From the human T2T-CHM13v2.0 reference genome, Homo sapiens: a stretch of DNA of 64,000 nucleotides. The notes under the pieces were generated by a model. That model was not told the origin of the DNA. It made no database searches and saw only the letters and a program-made list of their open reading frames with translations. The stretch is from NCBI RefSeq assembly GCF_009914755.1, contig NC_060934.1. One strand, 5' to 3'. Of this stretch, positions 1 to 14,186 are shown piece by piece; positions within the stretch are counted from its first letter, which is position 1; every line of letters begins with the position of its first letter. A program made the position numbers and the translations under genes.

Positions 1-94
1 AGAGTTCACAAAATGGAAAGTGGAAAGTAGAAATGAAACCACACCTGTTTCCCTCCTGGAGTGAGCCCTCATTGAATCTCTGTAGTAGTGCCTA

Positions 95-280
95 TAAGAG
101 TGCTTTTATTTTACAGGGGTACTATTATCATTTTCCTTTTTCAGAGGAGAAAACTGAGGCTTCACACTGTGAGACCTGAGGCTTCAAGTTACTGAATATT
201 TTGCTCAAGTCATTGCTTGTATCAAATGGAACAGATGGACCCCAAACCCAGTGTGGCTGGTCTGAAACTTTCCTCTTTGT
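95..280 (-). mobile_element. MIR SINE fragment
   Basis: MIR core-like 'gaggagaaaactgaggcttca...ttgctcaagtca' in reverse orientation. Confidence 0.55.
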
Positions 281-859
281 TTTTATACTGCATCAAAAAC
301 AGTTTTTCTTGCCCTGATAGAATCTATGCCACTTAATTCTCAAAACCCTGTCTTCATCACATCCCACCATTCTGAAATATTCACCTTCCCTTACAAGATA
401 CCACCATTTGAAAATCGCAAAATATTTTTAAATCTATCCTCTTTCTTATATATTTTTTATCAAGATTCCTTCTCTGGATTCTGGCCGTATTATGAAAACA
501 GCAGGTCCAAGTGTCATTGGGCCAATGTAAAATTGTGTTGCTGTATTAAGACATGGACCTAATGATCCTGGAAAGCTGAGTGGGTTTAGTTATGTTTTGT
601 TTTCTTTCCTGTCTAGGACATCATGCAAAGCTAGACTACAAGAACCAGGGATTGATTTCAGTGTTTCTCTGGGGGATGGGGTAATGGGGGATAGATGGTA
701 AGTCTATAATCAAGACCATCTCTAAGGAAGAGGATTGATACTCTTTCCACGGGTGACACTGCATTATTTTCCATGTAAATGGTGCCCCAAGAGTACTATG
801 GGCAGTCTTGTTGCAGATCTATTTCATCTTCCTTTCCCCTGCCCTCACCTCCCTGCTAT

Positions 860-1550
860 TTATTGTTTCCCTTCACTGTCAAATTCTCTGAAACATTGTC
901 TGTATTCACCGTGACTCCTTTGCAATGCACTTTCACTGCAATCCTTTAAAAAAGTTTGTCTTCCTCCTACATTTTTCTGATACCACTTTCTCTGAGAAAT
1001 TCAATGTATAAATCTACCAGCTCAGGAATCCCTTCTTAATTTTTCTCTGAGACTAGTCACTATTTTATCCACTCTTTCTAGAAGTTCACTTCTTTCTTTA
1101 TTTTTCAGTTTCACTTTAGCCTCTAATAGGAGGTGGTTGTCTAAGGGCCTTGAGGAGGCTGAGCTTGCACAGTGATAGTTAATTCTTGTTAGTGGCTCTC
1201 CCTCTCTAGTTCAGCATATGCTTTCTTTTCCTTTCTCATAAGTGGAAACAGTCATAATGTTCTGCTGTTGGATGTTTCCTGGAAAAGTCTTTGGAGAGTT
1301 TCTCTTCTTCTAAGATTTCAGCTAATGCACTATGTGGTATACAGCTTATCTGTATCTCCAGCCTCCACCTCTCTCAAGCTCTGGCCTTCCATTGGTCACT
1401 CAGTACTCACTGATCATCTCCATCTAGAAAGCCCTGTGGTAACCCAGAGTCAGCCGAAATGAAGACAAGCTCTTCATCTCTCTAAATATATTTTTGACTC
1501 TTTATCTGTAGTCTACTAACTTCATCATCTATGCACTAGATAGTAGATTG
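860..1550 (+). mobile_element. Degraded L2 LINE fragment
   Basis: Pyrimidine-rich L2-like text, e.g. 'tatctccagcctccacctctctc...catctccatctagaa'; boundaries approximate. Confidence 0.45.
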
Positions 1551-1583
1551 AACCAGCTGTAAACTATGTCTACTAGTTTTGTG

Positions 1584-1763
1584 CAGTGGTTCTCAAACTT
1601 CAGCGGGATCAAGACCACTGTCATGATAGCACACATTGCTAGGTCCCCCTTGAGAAGTTTCTGCTTCAGAAGGTCTGGGGTGAATCCTGACAATTTCATT
1701 TCTAACAAGGTCCCAGGTAATGCTGATGCTGCTGGTCCAAGGACCACACTTTGAAAGACACGG
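1584..1763 (+). mobile_element. MER5A (hAT-Charlie non-autonomous DNA transposon)
   Basis: Starts cagtggttctcaaactt; contains 'catttctaacaaggtcccaggtaatgctgatgctgctggtccaaggaccacactttga', typical of the MER5A 3' half. Confidence 0.9.
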
Positions 1764-1777
1764 ATTTCCTGCACAAG

Positions 1778-1996
1778 TCTGGAGCCAGATTGAGTTAGGC
1801 TTAAATCCTAACTCAGCCATGTGCTTCATGTATGAATCTTGGCAAACTTACATGAAGTCTCTCTGATTCCTCTTCTGTAAAATGGGGACGATTAAAGTAT
1901 CTACCTCATAGATTTTCTTGTAAAAACGACATGAGTATATAAGCAAAGTGCTTCCAACAGTTTTTGGCAGACCCTCAAAAACTGTTAGCTATAATT
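1778..1996 (+). mobile_element. MIR SINE
   Basis: 'aaatcctaactcagcca...ttggcaaactt...ctgtaaaatgggg...tatctacctcatag...aaagtgctt'. Confidence 0.85.
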
Positions 1997-3169
1997 GCAC
2001 AGCGTTTACTCTCTCTGCTTTCCTTGTCCTCACTCCCAACAACCAATCAGCTCTCATGTCCTAACAGTCTGCACTCTGGAATACATCCATTTCCTTTTCA
2101 TTATTGCTGTGGATGGGATTAAGTGTGTAATCACATTGTCATTCCCCTCACTCTACTCATGGTCATTTAACTGATTGGAACTGTCACTCTCTATCCCTGC
2201 TTCCCCAGACCTCATACTGTTGTCAGGTTCTACCTTAATCACTTTAAAGCAATCATTACAAATAGGTCCCTTCCTTGCTTAGAAAGTGAATGTTGAGTAT
2301 ATTAATAGGGTATTTGGGACTTTCCTTGTACTGAGGGCACCTGGGCTGTCTATGCATTTCCTCTCATAGCATTCATGATATGGAATCTATGTTTTTGTAA
2401 ATGTACCTCTTTGCTTTCCTGCTTCTGTAATTTTTTACATTATATTCATTTCTTTTGATATATACTCCCCTTCACTATTACAAGGCAGAGTCTTAATTCA
2501 TTCTTCAAGGCCTGGTCAACTTTCCTTTGCCCTTCCGAAGGTATAGCAAAATGGTTTCATTCCTCATGAGAATGCTGACTGATTGATGGTAGCTGCTTAG
2601 AGAGATGACAAGAATTCTGGGGCCACATCTACCTGTGTTCAATCACAAATAATATCATGGCCAGTGAGCAGTATCTACTGTAGACACAGGTTAAATGCAT
2701 GGATGCATCTGTAACAAGTATTGTCTCTTACGCCATGGAGTACATTTTATACTGTGGATGCCCAATGCATTTTGGAAATCTCACAACTCAGTAGGCATAA
2801 CCTGAATTGTCAATGTGAGTTTCATTTTGATTATGATAGCTAATTTTCCCTTCTTCATTCCAGGATGAGGGTGAGACCTTATCTCAGAGAATGATATTGC
2901 CAGCCAGAAAATCATAATAGGCAATGAAAATAAGCCTTTACCACCTTAGTTCGAGAAAGCAATATTTGGAACAGGGAAAATATATTGGTTGTATTGGTGG
3001 CTACAGGCTTAGGGGTGAGGTCTTGGGTTTTGAGGTATAGGGAACCAGAAGAAAGAATAAGGGGATATTCTCCCACAAGGATAAAGAAAATCAGAGGGTT
3101 CTTGGGAATAGCTATTTATAGAGGACTTCCATCATGGAGAACTCCTGATTTTACATGTGCAAGGTAGAA

Positions 3170-3360
3170 AAGTGATAAATTCCAGCTCTGCCACCTATGA
3201 GCTATGTAATTGGGCAGGTAGTTAACTTTTTTTGAGCTTCAACACTATTATCTTAAAAACAGAAATCATGATGCTACCTATCAGGGCGATTGCAAAAATT
3301 AAAGGAAAACATATATAAAACACTTTGTATAATATCTGACTCAATAATTGGTTGTTGTTC
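3170..3360 (+). mobile_element. MIR SINE
   Basis: 'aattccagctctgccacctatgagctatgtaattgggcaggtagttaac...'. Confidence 0.8.
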
Positions 3361-3799
3361 TTATGAATGTTGTATGGAATAACAATCAAGAAAATCCCCT
3401 TAAAGGTGTTAAAACTCTTTGCCTCTTATCCCATATTCCTATATTCACCGTTAGTTATACACACATAATGTCATGAAGTGTCTAAACAATACTACAACTA
3501 CTAACTAATTAACTCTAATTGATTGGAACTGTGTAAGCAATACTGCTGGTTTACTGTTTTCCTGCACCAACTAGCATGAGTTGATGCTGTGAAGGTAGAG
3601 TTTTGGTGCTGCTGTCATATTTAATGCATTCAAATTTAAAAGAGAAACAGCATGAATATTACTTAGAAATTCATACCTTTCTAAGGAAGTTTACTCTCTT
3701 AGATTATCACACTTTATACCTTAGATATTTTGGCTTATCTTGTTCTTTTCCTGATGATGTTATTAAATACCTTGAAACACATGGGTTCATAAATATTGT

Positions 3800-4250
3800 A
3801 ATTTATTCGTTCAACAAATATTTTTGGATGTTTCATGGGGCCAAGGTTCTATTCTAGATATCAGAGACATAACTGTGTACAAAACATATAAACCTACTAT
3901 TCTACTGGAGATTATCTTCTGGAGATAGAATTTAGACACTCAACAAGTGAGCAAACAAACAACCATGCTGCAATTTTAGATGTTGACATTTTCTCTAAAG
4001 AAAATAAGATGATGGAGTAGAGATGACCATGGTAGGGTTTGGGTAATCATTTTTGAATTGTGGCGAGAGCTTTGGCCACATTTGAATTGATACCTGCATG
4101 ATGATAAAGGATGAAGCAAGAAAAAAATGTGAATTCTGAGTCCTCTAAGCAGCGAGAAAAGCAAGTGATCCAACTGGCATAAGGACTGAAAGAAGGGCCA
4201 GTTGGTAGCTACCAGGAGTTTGGAAAGGAGTGTTAAAAATCAGTGCTGGA
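3800..4250 (-). mobile_element. L2 LINE 3' region
   Basis: Reverse L2 tail 'tttattcgttcaacaaatattt...ccaaggttctattctagata' followed by purine-rich L2 body. Confidence 0.7.
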
Positions 4251-7200
4251 GGGGCTGGCTGCGCTGATCCTGGAGGGTGCTGGAAGTCACCTAGGGAGTT
4301 TGGAATTGCTTGGGTGCAAGAGAAGCCAGTGAAACATAAAGATGGTAGCAAGAAAAATAAATTTGATTTTCCAAGTGTACATGAACACTGAATGCCTGTA
4401 GATCTAACCTTATAAAGAATTTGGTGGCTATTTATGTAGATGAAGTGGATACTCACCTGTGATTTGTTTTCTAGATTCAAATTTTCTCCCATTGAAAAAG
4501 CACAGGGTTTACGCCTTTCTACTTTGTTGTTCCTGAATTCAAAAACTTTTGAGTTCGTTTTTAATATATTCCATGACATATTCATGTCATCCTGTTCTCT
4601 GACAATAATTTTCAGTGTGGCCCTGATCTGCTACATTATTTATTTCTTTCTCTTTCCCAAAGCTATCTTGTGTCCTCTTTGTATTTCTGTCTTTTATGGA
4701 CCTGAGAAGATATTAACGTAGAGATTTTGATAAATTGCCTCTGCTGTCCTTGGATTACTTCACTTTCCTTTAGAAGGCTCGCTATGGCCTTAAAACTGTG
4801 GGCCTGTTTAAGGTTATTAATTCGTTCCAGTTCTTGGGGAGAGCAGCATGAGCCTCTGCATGTATCATCTGGTTGAATATTCTAACAATTTAACAATTGT
4901 CTTTTCGTCTCTTGTCCCCCACACTTTCAAGTTGGGGTTGTCTTTTAACTTCACTCATAGACTTGGACATTCCCTTCCATTTCAAATAGATGTTTCCAAC
5001 TCTTGTGTTATTTCTCTTCTTTTATTATATTTGCTGTATCTACATATTTTTTCAAGAGCTGTACATTACTCTTGACTGTTCTAAATTGGCATGCCTTTAT
5101 GTTGACCTCCTGATCTTCACCTGTATACATTATTTGTCCCAAGGCTTTGATTGGCTGCTTAGTCACATTGAGCACATTCGCTGAAGCTCTAAAGACTCTT
5201 CTGTAGAGTCGACAACTGTGTCAGTTCTGTGTATCTAGTGCCAGAAAAGTACAAGGGTGATGTTTTATTCATACTTTGTGCTTTCCTTCACAATGACTTG
5301 TTAATTTATTTTTAAGTTTTCTTAAATAGTTACATTATTTTTATATGATTCAAGATTTTGAAAACATTTTTTAAAATTTAAAATGGATATGATTGAATTT
5401 AATTATAACCCACAGAATTTTAATGGGCCATTTGAAATTGCAATAATTGAAGAAAATGTTTCAAAAATATTTTGAGTGAGCTTTTGAAGTCTCTAACATA
5501 CAGTATATATAATATCCATTTTAAAAAATTTTCTTAATGTGTTGATAATATGTGGTTTCTTTTACGAAAATACTGTTTTTCATATAAATTCCTAGGGAGA
5601 ACTTTGAAAGAATAATAGTGATTAAGGAAAGCATTTAAATAAGAATTAACCCAAAAGTAGAAGAAAATCAGTTAATAAAAAACCTAGTCAGAGAAAAAAT
5701 GCCACAAGTTGTTTTTTTCTTCTTTGAAAGAACTTTGATGATATTCTTTCATTTCCCCAGCCCCAGAAAGAACAAAGCTTGTAGGCGATGACTGTGAGCC
5801 AGACGAATCTTGAAACTCTTTGCTCATTCCTCCCAAGTATCATTCACCTACAAATACATAACTTAATTCTATGCTTCTATTTGGAAGAGGGAAGCTTTAA
5901 AATTATTGCAAACGTTCTTGCAACGGATCCAGTTGCGCCTGCCTCATTTTCCACCTCCTACGATGATTATGATTTCAGAGTGGATTTCAGAGGAGAAAGA
6001 ATACATTTCTCAGAAATGTCACTTTTATTTTAAAATTAAAAAAATCATTTCTAGATGTTGCAATTAATATAAAATAACCCTTCAAGAATCATAAAAAGAG
6101 AACACTGACAAATTTTCTGCAAATGAATGTGAAAAAATTTTAGCATAGCAAAATATGGTGGCAGAGTGTCTACAAAGTTTTCTTCCCATGCTCATAGAAA
6201 CTTCACTGAAAATTCAAGACTGGCTGGAAGATTGAGTGAACTAAAAACCTGCAACCTTCTTCTAATTCTGAATTCTCATATTAAAAGAAGAATTAGTTGT
6301 CAGATCTAGAATGATTATTAGCCTTTATTGCTGCTTTCTTCTTAAAATTTTCACAGTAAGTAGTTTATTTCTGAATAAAAATGAATGAAAATTGCTATAA
6401 TCTATTGTGTTTGGTTATTTTATGAACAATAATATGAATATGATGAGAAGTGTAAGTTACAAAAAGAGACCAAGTCAAAATTTAAGAAACATTTCATTCA
6501 TACCATTTATTTAGAAACACTTTCTAATTAATTGAACACTTTATTTTAAAGCCCTTGGTGCTGTTAGGGAACTGTAACCAAGTCCAAACTGGTAATTAGT
6601 AAAAATATTAAAAACTAAAATTTTAAATTATTTCTCAAGTGGATTCATTTTGTTGTCCCTATGTTTTTGCATACTATAGTGGTATTTCATAGGGTTATTT
6701 CATCGTCCCATTAAAACTATGCTGCAGTTTCCATTCATTACCTCACTTGATCAGACAAGACAGAATAAACCTCTTGCCCAAAGCACCCAACTAGAAAGGG
6801 TGGGAGCTGCCCAATTCCAAACTTCATGCCTTCCACTTAGACTAGACTCTGCTTCCTCTCTCTGAACTCAGTTTTCTTGGACTGCTAGCCTTTTCCTTTT
6901 GTGGAATATTTTCTCTGCCTCCATCTAGAGTGTCATATGTAGTTTCCTATATGGTGAAAAATAAAATAATTCAAAAAATGAAAGGAAGGTTTTAAAGCTC
7001 CAATACAGCTTTGAATCCAATAACCTAACAATGAATATAAACTTTTCTATGATTTAAAAAGTATACTTGTACATCTATTCTTTAGATTATCAATGTTGTT
7101 TAGTGTAGGTAATGCAGATGCTCAGTCTACCATCTTGAATTAGAAGCAACTTATTTATTGCTTACCAGAATCTTTCCTGAGTTGCCAAGAGCATAGAGTT

Positions 7201-10200
7201 AGGAAATTTTGTAAACGTTTACCTTGGACAGTATCTCCTTAGGCTGAAATTACAGTAGGTGGACAGTAACAATATGATCTTTATTTTAGTTCTTTGATAT
7301 TGGAATATGAATTTTCTAGAAGGGTCAAGGCACTTACATGACCTAAAAAATTAGACTCTATTTGTTAATAAGAGTCTAACTTATTTCAAAGCAAAAGGCC
7401 AGTGAAGGATCCTCAGGGCTGGATTAATGTGATTTTCAGCACAGAGTGATGATGGCAATTATGGTTTCCAAAGCCTGGGAGCTGTGTGTTTTCAGATGTT
7501 GGAGAGGGAATTGTTTGGAATTCCCAATTCCAAATGATTTCCCTATTGTTTGGAGCCAGTAGAAATACTGACTCTTGTCAGTATATTTATTTACAAAGCT
7601 CTTGATGTATGCCCACTTTAAAGAATTAACTTTCAAAAATCTTAAAGATATAATTGGAGTAAGTTTGTTATATATGAAGAAAAAATAATTCTAAGAGTTA
7701 GAATATAAAATGTGCAGAATGTAACTGTGCTTTTACTTTAAGTTTAGGAGGAAAACCTAAACATAACACATTCTTCCAATGATATTATGAATCATGTATG
7801 TCCTGTCAAAGAAAATGATCACTTAATATGTGATATTATTAATGCTTTAATATGCAAATATTCTGCAAATGTCAGTAACTGAAGGAAGGAGATAAAATAG
7901 TCCTTCAAAAGTTGAACATACTCATACATACTGTGCATAGGACACAATTTTAAATAAGATTACGACCTATTCATTTAATGACAACAATAAGTTCGTTTTA
8001 TTCATCAATAATTCATTTTCCAAAGTACATATCATGGCTAAATATTATTTGAACATAATGGATACACACGAGTAATTGTCCTGAATTCCTATATAAATCT
8101 ATTAACACAAAGTAGTAATGTAAACAGTAAATACACTACAAATACCTGTTCAAGAATGGCCACACTCTTTTAAAATATTCATATATTTTGCATTTAGTTT
8201 AAATGAAATCTCATTCTACAAAATTTGAATAAACTGGCTCTAAAATGTACTTCTTATTCTCAATTAGAAATATAGTTCATGAAAAGTGATTTGTAAAAAC
8301 TGAAGGAAAAGGAATTTTTGTGTTTTCATAAGTTATTGTATAATTGGCTGACATGTTTATAAATCCCTTTCTCCAGGAAGATGTAAAGGAACTCAACAGA
8401 CCAGGTTAACCTGATTCTTCTTTGCATTGTCACAAAGAAATGAAACACAGAATTAAATAAAATAATGCAACCAATGTTTTAAATTTTTGCAGTAAAGAGG
8501 TCAAAGGAGCTCATCTTTAAATAGAAATAAGCACCATAGTTTTATTCTAACTGCATAGATAACAATATATAACTTGTAGAACATAATTTTATGAGTTGGT
8601 TTGGTGGACAAATGTGTAATTCTTCTTATGTGGTCTTATGTGGGACCATTCAGGACAAAAAATGACATACTGATCTTTATATTTGCAATGCTTACCATGT
8701 AATACACACTCAAAATACTTTTTAATTGAACTTCGTGTGTGTATAGCACAGAAAACTTATCAAACCTTAAAATGTAGCAGTTAAAAAAGATAGTACATTT
8801 CCTTCCTTAGCATTAGGTTAAATTTTAAACTGTTTTAATTTCCTGAAGTGTCTTATAAACTTTTAGAATTACAAAAAAATGTGGTTTTTAATAAAATATT
8901 TTTCTCCCTCATTATTGAAGACGATGTTACCATACAACTGAGATGGTTTAAACTTCAGATGCTCCATAGCAGATATTTGTTTTTTACTTTCTTTCATGTC
9001 AGGCTGCTTCTTTCAAATTGGTCATTACTAGACATTTTCATTGCAATAATATTTATTATTTTTATGTCTTTTGAAGCCTTTAACCCAGAAAGGCCTCTAA
9101 GTACGTTTTGGATCATAAAATAAATGGAAAAATCTTTAATCTTAAATAATCATTAGTTTAGCAAATATTTCTGTTGATGGTTTTCACTGGAACAGAGCTT
9201 GCTGATATGATTGTAAGTGTAGGATAAGGCCACCCAGTTCAGATAATTCTCTTCCAGAGTAGGACTTCTAAGTTGGAAAACAATAAAGACTATAAGGTTG
9301 TTTAAAACCATGCTTATTTTACTTATAGATAATTCAGGCATTGACATATGTATTATGTCATTTGCAAATGATCATTAAGAATCTCTACTTGGGGGATAGA
9401 TAATAATAATCATATCTTTCTCAATAAGGGAATATGGTAAAATTCCAGATTTAGTAGTGGCTAATGTAACCTCCTTTTCATGGCTCTATTCATGCCTCAT
9501 TCCTTTCCTATCATCCTCCATCTAGGTCACTAGCCCTTGTTGGAGAATATTGTATCCTATTGCTCCGTGCTGGTCTGCTTACCTCATGGCCTTAATATTG
9601 TTATGACCTTGCAGGAAGCTCTCAGTATTCTGTCTAAAGTTGCTCAAATAATGTTTAAATGTGCAATGTTTATGCTTTAGCTGGATTCCAGCCACAGTGA
9701 GTAACAAGATCCACATTTTTTTCTTCACCAGAATTCCAGGAAGTGGCATAGTATCCCTCTGAGGGAAGCAGTGAGAAAAATGGATTGGTCTACCCTCCTC
9801 AGCCTTTGGAGAGCTTTGGAGGAGTCAATAAGATGATAGACTTGATGTTATGAAATGTGATTTCTTGCCATAATACTTCTCATCTTCAGTAACTTCAAAT
9901 ATCACCACACACTACACATCTTTGAGGCCAAAGAAGGAGGAGGTGGAATTCCCTTACCACACATATGTAAGCAGAGATGAATAGGACAAAAATTGATGAA
10001 CGTTTTGGGGATGGACCAAAACTTGCCCATCTTTTGAAATCACGATTTACACTAAAATTAGCTAAACCTCCAAGAAAATGAACAGTTACAAGTGATGGAC
10101 TACATATTTTTTTTTAAAGCGTTCTTGGTTTCTTTCATTTGACTGCATGACACTATAAAATCACACAAGCTAAGACCAGGAGAAGGTGCGTGCAGATGTG

Positions 10201-10919
10201 CTTCTGACTTCTTGAAGACCTACACATCTTGCTGAGGAATTCTTTGCTTCTTTAGTGAGTGGTGCTGAATGGAATGTTAGGGCTCCTATAGCTATAGGGG
10301 AAGGTTATTTTGGGGTTATTAGTGATACCTGGTAGCTGATTCCTGATTACTCTCTCAGACTGTCTTCCCTGTTTCCTCTCTTCTGTTGAAAATGTTCTCT
10401 GGCAGGATGATTTCTGTCAATAAGAGCAATTGGCTTTCCTCGTCGAGGTTCGTGCAAACAGAATTGAAAAAAGCTGAGTGAGTGGGCAGGTTTTTGCTGG
10501 TTTGTTTAACAATGATTTGAGAACTGAAACTAGAGCTGTCTGAAATAATAAACAGGTTTCTCAGTGACTGGAAGAGAATGGTGTTTTGTTCTTTGTTCTG
10601 GTCCTTTTCTCTTTTGACAGTCCTATATCCTTGACTGTTTTCATGGCTCTGTATTCTATACATGGCCTGGAAATTTGACTGAGGGTCTCATAGCTAAAAA
10701 GTATTAGAAGTCGTGGCCACCTCCTCACGGAGCTCTCTTATTTCCTCTTCGCCTTGACAACTTCTGTATTTGCTTTAGGTCTGAACTGGAAGTTGCTTCC
10801 AGGCTTATCGCCCAGGTGAGTTAGGTGTCTGCTTCGGTTTCCTCACACAGTATTGTCCTATGTGCTTCTTTTACGATATTGCACAGCACATGTTATTACA
10901 GTCATTTCTTCAACGTTTG

Positions 10920-11050
10920 CTTCCTCATGGGACTGTGAGTTGTGTGGATACAGGAGTCATAGCTACTTTGCTTATTGCTGATCTGACAGAACCTAACTCA
11001 ATGCCCAGTAGAGAAGGTCTCATAAATAGTCATTTCACAGGAAGAAATGG
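10920..11050 (+). mobile_element. L2 3'-end fragment
   Basis: 'gactgtgagtt...caggagtcat...acctaactcaatgcccagta...ctcataaata'. Confidence 0.45.
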
Positions 11051-13933
11051 ATTTATTTTTGGAGATGTCATTACCAAATAAAGCCTTCTAGGCAGCAGCG
11101 CCCATGCTGGCCATTTGACTCAAACTGTGCTGAGGGAAGTATCCCCTGGCCTTGGAAGATGAGTGTCATTTTGATTCCAGCTCTCCAGGTTTTTCATCAA
11201 TGTCAGCACCTGCTGAAAAGAACCATCAAACTGGCACTACTGCTGACTTGTTTGCAATCCTTTTTTAAAGTTTACCTAAAAAGAAACCATAAAAAGCCCA
11301 TCAGATTGTTTTTCCAAAATCCACATAGACAATAAAGGCATTTATCTAAATAATGTTTTGGCTTCACATAACATCAATAAACACTTCATGAAGATTAAAC
11401 TGACTGAAAACCTTTTATACTTGTCAACTGATTTCTGTTGGCTGAGTTGATTTTCTTTATAAAGAATTTAAAAAGTAAAGTTGTTTTGCATTAATGCACT
11501 TAGGGATGTGTAAATGATTTTCCTTAAATCACATTTTTCTGACAACGAACACGGAGTGAAAGATTATTAAAACTGATTTCTCATGAAGTTGTTTGCATAC
11601 CTCAAACAAATATGTGAGGCTGTCTCCATCAGTGAATGCCATGTGTTGATGTGATTGATGAATTATAATTAACCTTGGCAACATGTTTTACAGCTTAACT
11701 TTAAGGATCAATCGAAATTAGTTATTCTGAAAGTCAGTAAAATCGCTTCTATCCTCAGCTTACTGCAATAAGTAATGGCCTTTCTCTGGAAGAGTTCTTA
11801 AAATATAGTGAACAAATACTTAGCTATTGAATCTACTTTTTAAAATAAATGAGAGACCAATGGGATTGGAATAACTTAATTTGAAGGAGAGAAGTCTCCA
11901 GGCTGATTTAGTGGCTGTTCTATCAGGAGTTTCCAGTGGGCAGGGGGATCAGTTCTGATTAACAGTTGAGGCAGTTACCTAATTAAAACAGGGTGTATGA
12001 AAGTAAGGGAAGTGGGATAGTAGGGGTCAGACATCTAAGAACCTCTCTTCCCCCTATCCAATCAAAGAGAAAAGCTGAAAAAAATCTTTATTTTCTGAAT
12101 GTATATTTAATGAAGGTGGAGCCATGTATAACACTAACATTATAGAGTGATATTAAATAGGGCACAAGATATAGATCACTTAAAACAGGTGGGTTCCCTT
12201 AGGCTCAGCATATCAAGTGACAATTTTTTTTTTGGTGTGCTGCCAACTGGCAGAGCCTTTTGACAAATGTGATGGACCTTGGAAAAATGATAAATGTCTT
12301 GACCTTGGAAAATCCCCTTTTGGAAGACTTTGTCCTAAATGCTTATTCATTATACCCTACAGTAATCACTGTCAAATATCAAAAGATGACTCCTTTTATA
12401 GCTCGTGCAAAGCTTAAATACTTTAGAACATGACTGAAGATGACCAAACACACTCTCCAGAAAGTTTTAGTCACCTGACCATAGCCCCTATGTTTTTGAT
12501 GGTCATTGTAGGCATTTGGAGGTATCACTTTGGACACTCTCCTTGACCTTTTCTCCGCAAGGTCTGTCATCTCCATTTAGACTACACAAAATAACGTAAC
12601 TTCTCTACTCACTCATCCTGCATATCCTCTGCTCCCAGTAGGGCTCTCAATAAGGCAATTACTTATCTCTGTATTAGCAAGGGGGACTCTAATTGCACCT
12701 TTGCATGAAGCATGGGCAATTAACTAAAGGGAAGTTGAAGCTTTAGTAACTCTCCAATGGCAATCCATCCTGTCCTGTGCCAGCATGGCCACCCAGAGCA
12801 GACCCATGCCTGCTTTCTGCGGGGGGATGTGGGATGTTTGGTCCCAGAAATATTAAAAATTACTGGTGTTATCTCATAATTGTAGCCTGATTAAATAGAT
12901 CTTATTTTTTGTTCTATCTTTTGTGCAAAATGGCCCTTGTACAGAAATTTTCTGAGATACTGAACTATGGAAATAACCCTGGGATTACATTGGTACTTTT
13001 CTGGACTGGAAGACTTGGAGTGACATGCTGCAATTTTTACCAAGTTTTGAATAGATCATATGGCTTATTTTCTTTTAAATACTTGCATTGCCGTAGTGTA
13101 GGTTCCTGAGCTAATTTCCGTCTGGGATGAGGTATGGTCTTCTGATGTCCAGTCATGGGTCCAGATGGTGATGGTAAGAAAGATAGCATGATTGCTGAAT
13201 GGCATACAGAAGGAAACAGAATTTATCCCTAGTAAAGAGATGGATAGGAACTTACTAGAACAACAGGATATCCTCTTGTGATTAGGAGAGGAGGTATTAC
13301 TCTTCAGCAAAGACCTGGGGTACTAGATAAGATGTATTGGCCCGGAGGAAACAACAGAAGAAGAAATCTGTTGCACAGTTAAGCTGCTGTGGTTGGTGGT
13401 TGGTGAGGATGGAGAGGAATGTGGGGATGGGGTGGAACTGACTCCAGGGACTCTTTTAATAAGACTCAACGTAATTCAACATGCAGCTTGCATGAGGAGG
13501 ACAGGGACACTCCAGTGGCTCCTGTAATTGAGTCCTGACAGTGAATCTAAATTCCATTTTACACCAAGAAAGTCTAGATGGAGCCAGAGGTGCTTTCCCT
13601 GATATGGCCAGATATGAGAATCAAGGGAGGGCAGAGGAAGATGGAGAGAGTGTGCCCTGGCAGCTATCATCTCATATTCTCTGGACTTTGTATTTCCCTT
13701 GCCCCATGTCAGGTTTTGTTTGTTTGTTTGTTTTTGTCTGTATCAGTTTTTAATTCATTTTTACATTATTCATTGAATATATTCATAGAGAAAGGATTGA
13801 CAGTAGACATGGCTATTTGTTGGATTTCTTCTGTATTTTATATGTAGCCTTTTGGTAACAAGCAAGGTGGACATCCTTTGTTTTATTTCACCTAATCCTA
13901 ATACTATGTATTCCAAGCCTGTGCTTATATGGC

Positions 13934-14147
13934 TGTGGGTCTCAAACTCATATATCTACAGAAGTCAAGCAGAAATGTAAATCAGGAGCAGGATAGTGGG
14001 GGCTGTGTCCAGCTGAAGGCTGCTTGCCCAGTCTAATGAAACTGATCTAGAGGAGGTTGTTCTAGCCATTTTTTCTAGAAGTGGACACATACGAGGCAGA
14101 TAACTAGATTGTTTTAAAGAAACATTTTAATTTTGAAAACATTACAT

Positions 14148-14186
<39 letters not shown>

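Noticed and set aside
4145-4585. 146-aa minus-strand ORF
   Set aside because: No recognisable domain, and it runs into L2-derived sequence
13060-13420. Coding-like purine-rich stretch as a processed pseudogene or ERV internal remnant
   Set aside because: No recognisable protein, poly-A tail or TSD; a tblastx/Dfam search would be needed
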